The notes beneath the pieces are model-generated. The model saw only the letters and a list, made by a program, of their open reading frames with translations, searched no databases and was not told the origin of the DNA. A DNA stretch of 61,090 nt from a virus. Taxonomy: Duplodnaviria > Caudoviricetes. How positions within the stretch are numbered: position 1 is the first letter of the stretch; each line of letters starts with the position of its first letter. The position numbers and the translations under genes were made by a program. Below are positions 34,055 to 41,928 of this stretch, piece by piece. Location of the stretch: IMG/VR virus record IMGVR_UViG_3300024232_000010, positions 1 to 61,090 of that record; one strand, 5' to 3'.

Positions 34055-34806
34055 GCGTCGACCAGCGACCGGACCGTGCGGGTATCAGCTTGCCGCTGCC
34101 CGTTGTACCACATCTGATACGCCTGCCCGTCCGCGCCGTACCGTGAGCGGGCCTGCTCATACGTCGCGTCCATCGGTGCTGTCCCGAACGAAGGGTTGTA
34201 ATGCTTGATCGTCACATCAGGCCGGTAAGACAGGCAGCATCCCTCCGAGATGTCCTTCCACACCAGGTCCGCGTAATAGTGAGTCATCATCGGCTGGAAA
34301 ACCCACCCCAGCGCAGCGGTGATACTCGTGCTGATCACCACCGCCGTGGGCACTGCCTCACCGTGGACCGTGTCATCACCATAGGCGAAACCAGCCCCGC
34401 CCATATCCTCGATCGCACCGAGAAGCAGCGAATCCCAGCCGTGCGTCAGCGGCTCGTGGTCGTCACCGATCGAAGCGACCGCCCGGTAGCGTGACGAACG
34501 CTCCGCGGCTACCTTGTTCGTCCACCCGCCGCACGTATCCCGCGGCCCCTGCACATAGTCGAAACCGTGCTTCAACCGGTCATAGGAACTGTCGTCTTCG
34601 TCGATGCAGAACAGCAGGTCAGTCCGGGCGGTCGACCGGGCAGCGACAGCCTCAGCGATCCGCATGGCACCCTCGGGACGCCCCCGCGTGGGGGTGATGA
34701 TCAGCAGGTCGCGCACGGCTCGGGACGCCAGCCACCCGCAGTGGCAGTCGCCGCAGATGAAGCCGTGCAGCAGCAGAAAACGGCCGCACCAGAAGCAGTA
34801 GCCCAC
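34039..34806 (-). CDS. Glycosyltransferase (GT-A); start may be GTG 34716
   Basis: ITPTRGRP, DEDD, GDDH, HYYAD. Confidence 0.75.
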   Translation of the reverse strand: MGYCFWCGRFLLLHGFICGDCHCGWLASRAVRDLLIITPTRGRPEGAMRIAEAVAARSTARTDLLFCIDEDDSSYDRLKHGFDYVQGPRDTCGGWTNKVAAERSSRYRAVASIGDDHEPLTHGWDSLLLGAIEDMGGAGFAYGDDTVHGEAVPTAVVISTSITAALGWVFQPMMTHYYADLVWKDISEGCCLSYRPDVTIKHYNPSFGTAPMDATYEQARSRYGADGQAYQMWYNGQRQADTRTVRSLVDAWRRG

Positions 34807-34850
34807 ACTGTGATCCCTGGCGTTTCCCGCTCCTGGTGCGGCTCAGATTG

Positions 34851-35030
34851 TCAGGTCTGCTTCCAGCCGGAACCGGACTCGAAATCACCGGTGGCGTTGC
34901 CGTTCATGTCACACGGGCCCGAGTTCGGGTCGACCGACTTCCAGCCGGCCACCGTGCCCTCGCTGGTCGCGTCGTACGGCTGGTAAGGCAGGCTCGGGGT
35001 CCCCTGGACGTGACCGCTGGTGTCAGGCAC
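34851..35030 (-). CDS. 59-aa disordered peptide
   Basis: GGAGG RBS; MPDTSGHVQGTPSLPYQPY...GWKSV...GSGWKQT. Not in the ORF track. Confidence 0.65.
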   Translation of the reverse strand: MPDTSGHVQGTPSLPYQPYDATSEGTVAGWKSVDPNSGPCDMNGNATGDFESGSGWKQT

Positions 35031-35039
35031 TGTATCCTC

Positions 35040-35342
35040 CTAATGCGTTTTCTTCCAGGCGGGCGGAGGCGGCGAGTAAGAAGCCCCGCTGTCCGGTGCG
35101 CCGTCATCCTTCGAGCGTGAATGCCACGGGCTGGGAGGCCCGGTAGGCACCTTGATGGACTCGACCACCGGAGGTTTGTGATCCAGTTCCTCACCGGTCA
35201 GGCTCGTCGCCGGTGAGGACGGCTGCCCGCCCTTGGCGGTCATCGCCAGCTCGTTGCTGACGATCTGGTTGCCGCCCTGCTGCGAGGTCGGGGTCAGGCA
35301 GTTCACAGTTCCGCCTGGCATCAGGTCAGAAAGGTCCTGCAT
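35040..35342 (-). CDS. 100-aa Pro/Ser/Gly-rich disordered protein
   Basis: AGGAGG RBS; ends PPPPAWKKTH. Confidence 0.7.
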   Translation of the reverse strand: MQDLSDLMPGGTVNCLTPTSQQGGNQIVSNELAMTAKGGQPSSPATSLTGEELDHKPPVVESIKVPTGPPSPWHSRSKDDGAPDSGASYSPPPPAWKKTH

Positions 35343-35350
35343 GGTTCCTC

Positions 35351-35500
35351 CTACCTGGTCCGGTCGTCCTTGTAGTCGTGCCCGTTGTTCGAGTTGGCGT
35401 GGGTGGCCTTCTCCTGGCCAGGCGGGTACTGCACGGCCAGTGTGCTGCCGCCCTTAGCCGGTTCGGAACCGGGAGGGTACTGGCGGGCGACGTCGCTCAT
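35351..35500 (-). CDS. 49-aa peptide containing QYPPG twice
   Basis: MSDVARQYPPGSEPAKGGSTLAVQYPPGQEK...; ATGA-coupled. Confidence 0.6.
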   Translation of the reverse strand: MSDVARQYPPGSEPAKGGSTLAVQYPPGQEKATHANSNNGHDYKDDRTR

Positions 35501-36042
35501 CCCCGCACCGACCTTCCGCCGCGCAGCACGCGGCCGCTGCCAGGCTGGAACTTGCCGCCCGGGACCGGCTCGTTGCCCTTGATGCCGGGGAGCTGAGGGC
35601 CGCCCGTCGCGTAACCCTGGCTGTTAGCCTCGGTCGACTCACCCGGGCCGCTCAGTGTCTCGCTGGACGACTCCATCTCGTACGTGCCGGTCATGAACGA
35701 ACCGGGCCTGGTGTAGGTGACCGTGGAACCACCGCCACCGGTACCCGGCGACGTGGCAGTGCCCGGTGCGCCCGTGCTGTTGATAGCCGAGTCGGGGACG
35801 CCCGTCAGGCCGTCGACGAGCTGGCCTGCGACTACGGTCGGGTCGTTGGAATCGCCGCCACCGCCGCTCGTGCCGGGAGCACCCGTACCGGTGGGAAGAG
35901 GACCACCGAAGATGCCACCGTCACTCGCCGGTGGGTACTGGCCCGGCTCGGTCGTCGGGTCGTTGCCGCCACGGGTGCCCGAGTAGGCATCTGACTGGCC
36001 GCCGCTGTATGGCTTCTGCGACGGCTGGTTAGTACCGGCCAT
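35497..36042 (-). CDS. Gly/Ser/Thr/Pro-rich disordered protein
   Basis: AAGGAG RBS; contains QYPP and TGAPGT twice. Confidence 0.75.
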   Translation of the reverse strand: MAGTNQPSQKPYSGGQSDAYSGTRGGNDPTTEPGQYPPASDGGIFGGPLPTGTGAPGTSGGGGDSNDPTVVAGQLVDGLTGVPDSAINSTGAPGTATSPGTGGGGSTVTYTRPGSFMTGTYEMESSSETLSGPGESTEANSQGYATGGPQLPGIKGNEPVPGGKFQPGSGRVLRGGRSVRG

Positions 36043-36071
36043 GTCTGGCTCCTTACCTCATTACCTTGTAA

Positions 36072-36114
36072 CTGGCCGCACCGGCGGGGCCCGCATTCCC
36101 GCCGGTGCCGCCAG
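36072..36114 (-). terminator. Strong hairpin (terminator or processing site) after the capsid region
   Basis: CTGGC.GCACCGGCGGG pairs with CCCGCCGGTGC.GCCAG; no clear U tract. Confidence 0.55.
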
Positions 36115-36116
36115 AG

Positions 36117-36416
36117 CTACTGCCCCTGGCTTGGCAGGCCCAACCTCGCCATGCCGAACTTGCTAGCGACAGGTGAGCAGCGCGGGCACTGCATGGTGGA
36201 ACCGTCTGCGCTGTCCGAGCTGATGAAAGTCCCAGGCAGCGCGTAGTGCCCGCACGACAGGCGGGGAAGATCCCCCGTCTGCTGGCAGCGAGGGCAGATG
36301 ACCTGGCCCGTGCGCAACCGCAAGACGTCAGCGTGAGCGCCGATCCGGCGACCGCAGGACGTGCAGCGTTCTGCGGTCGCCGGGTCAGCTAGCTTCAGCT
36401 TCCGCCGGTTGCTCAC
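36117..36416 (-). CDS. Zinc-finger protein
   Basis: CTSC, CPRC, CGH, CPRC. Confidence 0.6.
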   Translation of the reverse strand: MSNRRKLKLADPATAERCTSCGRRIGAHADVLRLRTGQVICPRCQQTGDLPRLSCGHYALPGTFISSDSADGSTMQCPRCSPVASKFGMARLGLPSQGQ

Positions 36417-36419
36417 GGT

Positions 36420-37661
36420 TCAGGATGCAGCGCCGACGTACAGCTTGATCGCCCCGGTGCGGTCGACCAGTGTCCCGTCACCGCGAAGGATCGCGCGGAA
36501 CGTCACGAGGTCGGTGCCGAAAGCGAAGTCGTCGGAACGCTCGAAGCGGACCCCGCCGACTAGCCGCACGAAGTACTGCGAGAAGTCACCGAAAGCGATG
36601 GCCTTCGCCGACAGGCCCTGCGCGGGCATGAACGGGTCAGCGACCAGCGGCTTGCCAAGCAGGAGGTCGGGCGAGCCGAGCACCGCGGAAGGCTCCCAGA
36701 TGGGACGCCCCGTGGTGTCGGTGATCTTGCGGAACCCGCCGATGGTCTTGTCGGCCGCGAGCCAGTAGCAGCTGCGGGACTGGCGGTACGGCGCGATGAC
36801 GCTGTACTCCAGGTCTACCAGGTTCGCGTACGACGGGGCGCCGGAAACACCGGTCGTCGCACCGGTGACGCCGGTCGTGGCGGTTGACACGATACCCGCG
36901 GGCTGCGAGGTACCGGAGCCGTTCACGAGGTCGTTGCCGAACGCGTTACCCAGAGCGCGTCCGGCCTGCATCGCGAGGTACCCCAGAAGGTCCACGGCGG
37001 TGTCGTCGATCAGCTCGCGGGCGACCTGCAAGAGAATGCCATACTTGTAGGCCGACAGCGGCTGCATGGAGAACGTCGGGTCAGACGTCGGGATAGCGCC
37101 CGCCTGCGCCGCGGAGGCGGCGGTGGAGTGCGCGGTGGTCTTCGGCACCTGGAGCGTCTCGCCGCCACCGGTGTTCAGGACCGTGGGACCGCACTGCATC
37201 ACGCCGCTGACCTCAATGAGGTGCGCGATGAGCTGGTCGTAGAAGTCGGTCGGGATGATCGACGATGCGGTGCCCGTGGTCACCAGGGTCCGGTAGTTGA
37301 CAGGCCCGGATGCCTGACGGCGGATTTCCAGCGTGCGGGGAGCCCCGTCCTCGCCGCGAGCCCACTTGCGGACCTCAGCGGCTATGTCGGACTGGCGCTG
37401 CTCGCCGCCACCGCTCTCACGCGGGCGACCCTCAAGGTCGTTGAACGCGTCGTCTGCGGCCTTGGCCCGCTTCTCGGTGTCAAGCACCGCACCGATGCGC
37501 TGGTCGAGAGTGCGCATCTCTTCCTGCATCGCGTCCCACTTGCCCTGCTCCTCAGGGGTGAAAGCGCGGTTCTCGGCGGCTGCGTCCTCAGCGATCTTCT
37601 TCGCGTCGTTCCAGACGTTCAGCCGGCGGTCGCGAAGGCGCTTAGCGACCTCACTAGCCAT
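36420..37661 (-). CDS. Major capsid protein, HK97 fold with N-terminal delta domain
   Basis: Coiled-coil N-terminus, KYGILLQVARELIDD, LLGKP, FGDFSQYFVR, R.DG. Confidence 0.95.
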   Translation of the reverse strand: MASEVAKRLRDRRLNVWNDAKKIAEDAAAENRAFTPEEQGKWDAMQEEMRTLDQRIGAVLDTEKRAKAADDAFNDLEGRPRESGGGEQRQSDIAAEVRKWARGEDGAPRTLEIRRQASGPVNYRTLVTTGTASSIIPTDFYDQLIAHLIEVSGVMQCGPTVLNTGGGETLQVPKTTAHSTAASAAQAGAIPTSDPTFSMQPLSAYKYGILLQVARELIDDTAVDLLGYLAMQAGRALGNAFGNDLVNGSGTSQPAGIVSTATTGVTGATTGVSGAPSYANLVDLEYSVIAPYRQSRSCYWLAADKTIGGFRKITDTTGRPIWEPSAVLGSPDLLLGKPLVADPFMPAQGLSAKAIAFGDFSQYFVRLVGGVRFERSDDFAFGTDLVTFRAILRGDGTLVDRTGAIKLYVGAAS

Positions 37662-37679
37662 TCCTGGCCCTCCTGACTA

Positions 37680-37743
37680 CTACGGACGGATCTGTGATAG
37701 AACCGGCTCCGTCCGCACCCAGGAGGGTGGCTACGGCCTCGGT
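37680..37743 (-). ncRNA. Conserved structured 5' leader, copy 2 (upstream of major capsid gene)
   Basis: Near-identical to 13168-13230; sits just upstream of the AGGAGG RBS. Confidence 0.75.
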
Positions 37744-37761
37744 GGCAACTATTAAATTATC

Positions 37762-37848
37762 TTACTTACCGCACATGCGACAAGTCTTCGCGAAGTAAGG
37801 ATTGAGGTGCCCGCAGTCCGGGCACTTCCACTTACTTCTCGTCCTCAC
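37762..37848 (-). CDS. 28-aa RanBP2-type zinc-finger micro-protein
   Basis: MRTRSKWKCPDCGHLNPYFAKTCRMCGK matches W-x-C-x2-C-x3-N-x6-C-x2-C. Confidence 0.6.
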   Translation of the reverse strand: MRTRSKWKCPDCGHLNPYFAKTCRMCGK

Positions 37849-37987
37849 CCTGCTCACCCTCGGGTATCGAACCACCAGGGTTAGGGCTTCCCTCGTATTC
37901 CCTATCGGCGAACCTGATCCCCTCGGACTTCAGCTTGCCGTCCTCATCCAGGGGGCTTTCCTCGTTCGCCGGTCCGGGGGTGCTCAC
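37832..37987 (-). CDS. 51-aa acidic micro-ORF
   Basis: GTGA-coupled to the protease stop; MSTPGPANEESPLDEDGKLK... Confidence 0.5.
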   Translation of the reverse strand: MSTPGPANEESPLDEDGKLKSEGIRFADREYEGSPNPGGSIPEGEQGEDEK

Positions 37988-38994
37988 TGGTCCGCGTACG
38001 GGTCTTCGGCGTTGTCCAGCAGGTCCAGCAGGGCCAGCGCGCCCGTTAGGGTCTTCTTGCGCTCCTGCTGCTGCTTGGCCTGCCGCGCCGGTCCGATGTT
38101 GTCGGTCCTCTTGAAGAACTCCATCGCCCGGTTCTCCGCCAGCCTCTCCCGGACCTCGTCCGGTTCGGCCTGCACCCACTCCGACAGAGAGCGGACAGCG
38201 CCGTCCATCGAACGGGCCGCCGCCGTCGCATCCGGGTACGCCGGGTCGAGCACGGGGGCCACGTCGATCAGCTGAACGGCGTGCAGGGTGCGCATCGGGT
38301 AGTCGAACTCGCTGACACCCCACTCGTCACCGCCGGGGAACACGCGGAAAGCGAACGAGCTGTGCCGGATGTCACCGCGCTGCACGTACTCCAGGACGTC
38401 CCGCCGTGAGTCCGGTGGGATCACGTCGTACATCAGGCCAGTGTCATCGACGGACAGGCTCAGCGTCCGCGCGTACGTGGTCCCGAGCAGCGCATCGTCC
38501 TTGTGGTTGTACCGGCACACCACATCCGGCCAGCCCTCCTGCTTGGACTCGTCGAACGCGTTCCGGTTGACCTGCTCGACGAAACCGCCAAGCCGGCGCG
38601 ACAGCTTACCGAAGCACGCCGCGTAACCCCAGATGTGCGCGGGACCCTCCTTGCCCACCGGGTCGCTGCGCAGTTCCAGCGGGAACCGGATGAACCGCCG
38701 CTCAGGGAAAGCCTCCGGGTCCGGCTCCATGCCGCCGAAAGCACGCTGCACAGCGGTCGGCTTGATGCCGAACTTCCGCGCAGCCGCCATGATCTTCGGC
38801 ATGGCCATCTTGCCGAACGGCGACTGCGAGGCACGAGACAGTGCGTTCCGTGCGTGGGCCTCGTCGTGCACGGGGAAATGCCGCTTGCTCCGGGGCGTGG
38901 TCCGGCCCTGCGCGTCCTTCATGCCTCCGCTTTCGATGAAAGCGAAAGCGCTGTCCGGCAAATCGTTGATCGCCTGACTGGACAATTCAGCCAT
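37984..38994 (-). CDS. HK97-family prohead protease with an extra N-terminal domain
   Basis: GYAACF, YNH, RGDIRHSSFAF, DVAPV..PAY. N-terminal 'LPDSAFA...RHFPVHDEAHARNALSR' domain. Confidence 0.92.
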   Translation of the reverse strand: MAELSSQAINDLPDSAFAFIESGGMKDAQGRTTPRSKRHFPVHDEAHARNALSRASQSPFGKMAMPKIMAAARKFGIKPTAVQRAFGGMEPDPEAFPERRFIRFPLELRSDPVGKEGPAHIWGYAACFGKLSRRLGGFVEQVNRNAFDESKQEGWPDVVCRYNHKDDALLGTTYARTLSLSVDDTGLMYDVIPPDSRRDVLEYVQRGDIRHSSFAFRVFPGGDEWGVSEFDYPMRTLHAVQLIDVAPVLDPAYPDATAAARSMDGAVRSLSEWVQAEPDEVRERLAENRAMEFFKRTDNIGPARQAKQQQERKKTLTGALALLDLLDNAEDPYADQ

Positions 38995-39016
38995 TGAGTT
39001 CGACCTTTCTTGCGTG

Positions 39017-39031
39017 TAAACTTAGGCCATG
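39017..39031 (+). promoter_or_regulatory. Putative leaderless promoter (-10 TAAACT-N6-ATG)
   Basis: TAAACT taggcc ATG with no RBS. Confidence 0.5.
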
Positions 39032-39583
39032 GCCAGATATATCCCCGGCAAGACCTGCCAGCAGTGCGGCGGCCTGATCCCCTGGAGGGATGGACGGTCC
39101 GCCCGTGAGAATGCGAAGTTCTGCGGCAACCACTGTAAGCTGGCTTACCAGTCAGAAAATCCTTCACGCCCACGTATTGAACGGGTGACCGTACCGTGTG
39201 CCGAGTGCGGCAAACCAGTCACCTTCCTGCCTTCGCAGCGCGGCTCGTACAAGCCGGGCCGTACCGACAACATCTACTGCGACCGTAAGTGCAAAGGTGC
39301 AGGTCACAGTAAGATCATGACAGGGCGGCGCCCAAGTAACGGCATCTATACCAGCGTAAGTACGTTCCGCTGGATCGCCCGTAAGGCTTTCTATGACCGT
39401 TGCTCACTCTGCGGCTGGGACGAGGCCCCGTGCGACGTGGCCCACATCGTCAGCCGCAAGGATGGCGGTACGGACGATCTGGAGAACGTGACGATGCTGT
39501 GCCCGAACCACCACCGCATGTACGACTGCGGACTGATCACACAGGATCAAGTCAGGCAGAATCGCTTCAGGGTCCTCAGGTGA
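39029..39583 (+). CDS. HNH endonuclease with N-terminal Cys-rich repeats
   Basis: CSLCG..DVAHIVSRKDGGTDDLENVTMLCPNHHRMYD. Confidence 0.9.
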   Translation: MARYIPGKTCQQCGGLIPWRDGRSARENAKFCGNHCKLAYQSENPSRPRIERVTVPCAECGKPVTFLPSQRGSYKPGRTDNIYCDRKCKGAGHSKIMTGRRPSNGIYTSVSTFRWIARKAFYDRCSLCGWDEAPCDVAHIVSRKDGGTDDLENVTMLCPNHHRMYDCGLITQDQVRQNRFRVLR

Positions 39584-39792
39584 GGTGGTCTTGGCGTAAG
39601 AGCCGCGAACCCCGCGAACGCTGGTATGTGCAGTTCGAGGAAGGTGGCCACGTCTACACCTATATGCGGACGTACAGCGATTTCTGCCGAATCATGCAGG
39701 ACCGGCATACGGGCGGCGATGATCCACCCTTTGCCATCTGGGTCGTACGGAAGGGCGAACGCTGTCGTGTAACAATCCGCCTAGAACCCTAG
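39580..39792 (+). CDS. Hypothetical protein
   Basis: GTGA-coupled to the HNH gene; MRWSWRKSREPRERWYVQF... Confidence 0.5.
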   Translation: MRWSWRKSREPRERWYVQFEEGGHVYTYMRTYSDFCRIMQDRHTGGDDPPFAIWVVRKGERCRVTIRLEP

Positions 39793-41411
39793 TGCCGCCC
39801 GTTGCCGTTGCCGTTGGCGCTTGCTGGCGGGATCCACGGGCCCACGAACTCGGGGCCCAGGGCCTCGTCGCGTTCCGCCTGGCGGACCGCGGCGACGATC
39901 TTGTCAAGTACGGGCTGCGGTAGCCCGTACGTGCCGTCTTCGCTGCTGCGGACGGACAGCATGTCCTTCACGATCTGCTGCAAGACGTTCGGTGGCTGGA
40001 AGCTGCCACCCGGCCCGCCGCTGCTGACATCCGCGCCCGCGCCACCCGGGACGTTCACAGCAGGGGGGGCGTTCTGCGCGCCCACGCCCTGCGCCTGGCC
40101 CGCACCCGGTGGCAGCCCGGAAGGTTCCTGGTTCGCGGCGAGAGACTGGAGGTACTCGTATAGCAGGCGCTGCTCCAGCGTGACCTGCGGCAGCAGCTCG
40201 TTCGGGATGGCCCGCACCGACCGGGCCATTGCCACGATCGCTTCCAGCGGGATGTTGTCCTTACCCGTCCCGTTCGCCAGCGGCTCCAGGTCCTCGGTGT
40301 CGCGCATCTCGTCGATCGGCTTGAACCCGATCTCCCGCCACGTCTTGTAGATCTGCGCCCGCTCCTGAAGGTCCGTCTTCAGCAGCGCATCAGAGTTGAA
40401 CCGGGCGAACCGCCGCTGCGGCAAGATAGTGAAGAACGCCGTCTCCAGCCGGACCATCCACGGGCGCAGCGACTCGATGATCTGAAGCGCCGACTGCATC
40501 GTGGTGGAATAGGTCAGGGAATCGCCGCGCTTGCCGCCCACCCGGTCCGGTGGCAGGCCGTAAACGGCGGCGAGCTGCGTGGCGTTCATCTGCATCGCCT
40601 CGATGAACTGCGCCTCCGACGGGGGGACTGTTACCGGGTGGTAGTCCCAGTCGCGGCCGTACACCAGCGGTTCGCGGCGTCGGATCGAGGTGTTCAGCAT
40701 CGCCCGGATCTCCGACGCGTCATCCGGGTTGATCTCGATCTCGTTGTTCTTGAACGTGCCGGGCGGGAAGCCGCCCGCCTTGAACCAGTCCGTTCCGTAC
40801 CGGGTGGCTTCGATGCCGTTCAGGATCGTGATCGCGAACGCGCGCAGCGGGGAGATCCCCTCGGTCCTGCCGGGCAGGCTGAAAGCCTTGATGTGGAAGT
40901 ATTCCTCGCGGCGCATCAGCCGCCCGTAGAAGTACACGCGGGTGCGCAGCGGGTTGAACGGCCCGATCTCGTCGTCGATGACGGTGACCATTTCCGGTGG
41001 CATCCACTGGATCTGCTGCGGGTAACCGTATCCGTCGCGGGACAGCACGTAACCCCACGCATTGCCGTGCAGCAGCAGCGACGTCAGGCACTCGTACAGC
41101 CAGTCCATCAGATTGGTGCCCGGTGCGGGGTCGTCGAAAATCGACGGGCCCTCCCACCGCTTCTGGTGGCCGTCCGGTGTCTTGATGTACAGCTTCAGCG
41201 GCAGGGAAGAGATGTACTCTGCGATCAGCCGCACGCACGCGTACAGGGGCACCAGGCGCAGCCCCTCATCCACCCCGTACATGGAACGGGTGGGGTGCAG
41301 CGGCCCGCCTGTGTCGAACCTGGTGTACGGACTGTCCCAGGGTCGCCAGGGCACTCCTGCTATGGTGCGCTGCTCGTTTCGGCTTTCACGTACCCGGTCG
41401 ACAAGGCCCAT
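39789..41411 (-). CDS. Portal protein (HK97 family)
   Basis: YACVRLIAE..SSLPL, SLLLHGNA, GISPL, EAQFIE, YGLPP. RBS before ATG 41411. Confidence 0.95.
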   Translation of the reverse strand: MGLVDRVRESRNEQRTIAGVPWRPWDSPYTRFDTGGPLHPTRSMYGVDEGLRLVPLYACVRLIAEYISSLPLKLYIKTPDGHQKRWEGPSIFDDPAPGTNLMDWLYECLTSLLLHGNAWGYVLSRDGYGYPQQIQWMPPEMVTVIDDEIGPFNPLRTRVYFYGRLMRREEYFHIKAFSLPGRTEGISPLRAFAITILNGIEATRYGTDWFKAGGFPPGTFKNNEIEINPDDASEIRAMLNTSIRRREPLVYGRDWDYHPVTVPPSEAQFIEAMQMNATQLAAVYGLPPDRVGGKRGDSLTYSTTMQSALQIIESLRPWMVRLETAFFTILPQRRFARFNSDALLKTDLQERAQIYKTWREIGFKPIDEMRDTEDLEPLANGTGKDNIPLEAIVAMARSVRAIPNELLPQVTLEQRLLYEYLQSLAANQEPSGLPPGAGQAQGVGAQNAPPAVNVPGGAGADVSSGGPGGSFQPPNVLQQIVKDMLSVRSSEDGTYGLPQPVLDKIVAAVRQAERDEALGPEFVGPWIPPASANGNGNGRH

Positions 41412-41521
41412 GCGGTCCCTTCCCTCCGGGTAGAAGTTTGTTATACTCATGATGCTCAGTGACCTGAGCACGGGCTGGTCCTCAATAAGCCATTACGCGC
41501 CCAAACGGGGCTGGCCCGCAC

Positions 41522-41615
41522 GCCCCCGCCTGTACAGGTACGCACGTATCCGCTGGCAGCTTTTAAACTGGCAGGTCTGGAACGGGTGCGGTCCGCCGTC
41601 AAAAGCGGAGGGGGC
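41522..41615 (-). ncRNA. Candidate multibranch structured RNA upstream of portal
   Basis: GCCCCC/GGGGGC encloses TCCGC/GCGGA, CGCAC/GTGCG and CCTG/CAGG helices. Confidence 0.4.
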
Positions 41616-41616
41616 A

Positions 41617-41928
41617 CTACTGTTCGATCAGCGTCCCGCCCGGTCCCGGGCGGGTCCTGACGGGAGGAGCTGGCTTGTCCTGCGACACCTGGACGTGAGC
41701 GCCGCTCCGGTATCCGTACCGGACGGCTAGCGCGCAGAACACCAAGGCCCGCCACGAAGCGCCGAACACCCAGCCGACCGCGAAGAACACCGCGGTAATG
41801 ACCGTCGCGGCTGTCTCACCCGGGCGCACCCGGGAAGCATGCTCGGAGATCTCCTGCCGGGGAAGCGCGTCCAGCCGGGACTTGTGCCCGTTGACCGCGG
41901 GGAACTGCTGGGTTTCCGCTGTCATCAC
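41617..41928 (-). CDS. Small membrane protein
   Basis: Hydrophobic central segment. Confidence 0.65.
   Translation of the reverse strand: MMTAETQQFPAVNGHKSRLDALPRQEISEHASRVRPGETAATVITAVFFAVGWVFGASWRALVFCALAVRYGYRSGAHVQVSQDKPAPPVRTRPGPGGTLIEQ

Noticed and set aside
23257-34806. Alternative reading as a DNA hypermodification cluster
   Set aside because: No thymidylate-synthase-like, TET/JBP, nucleotide kinase or polymerase genes nearby, and the cluster lies in the late structural operon. Disfavoured but not excluded.
39029-39583. HNH as part of a group I intron or intein
   Set aside because: It is intergenic and antisense, and the flanking portal and protease genes are each complete.
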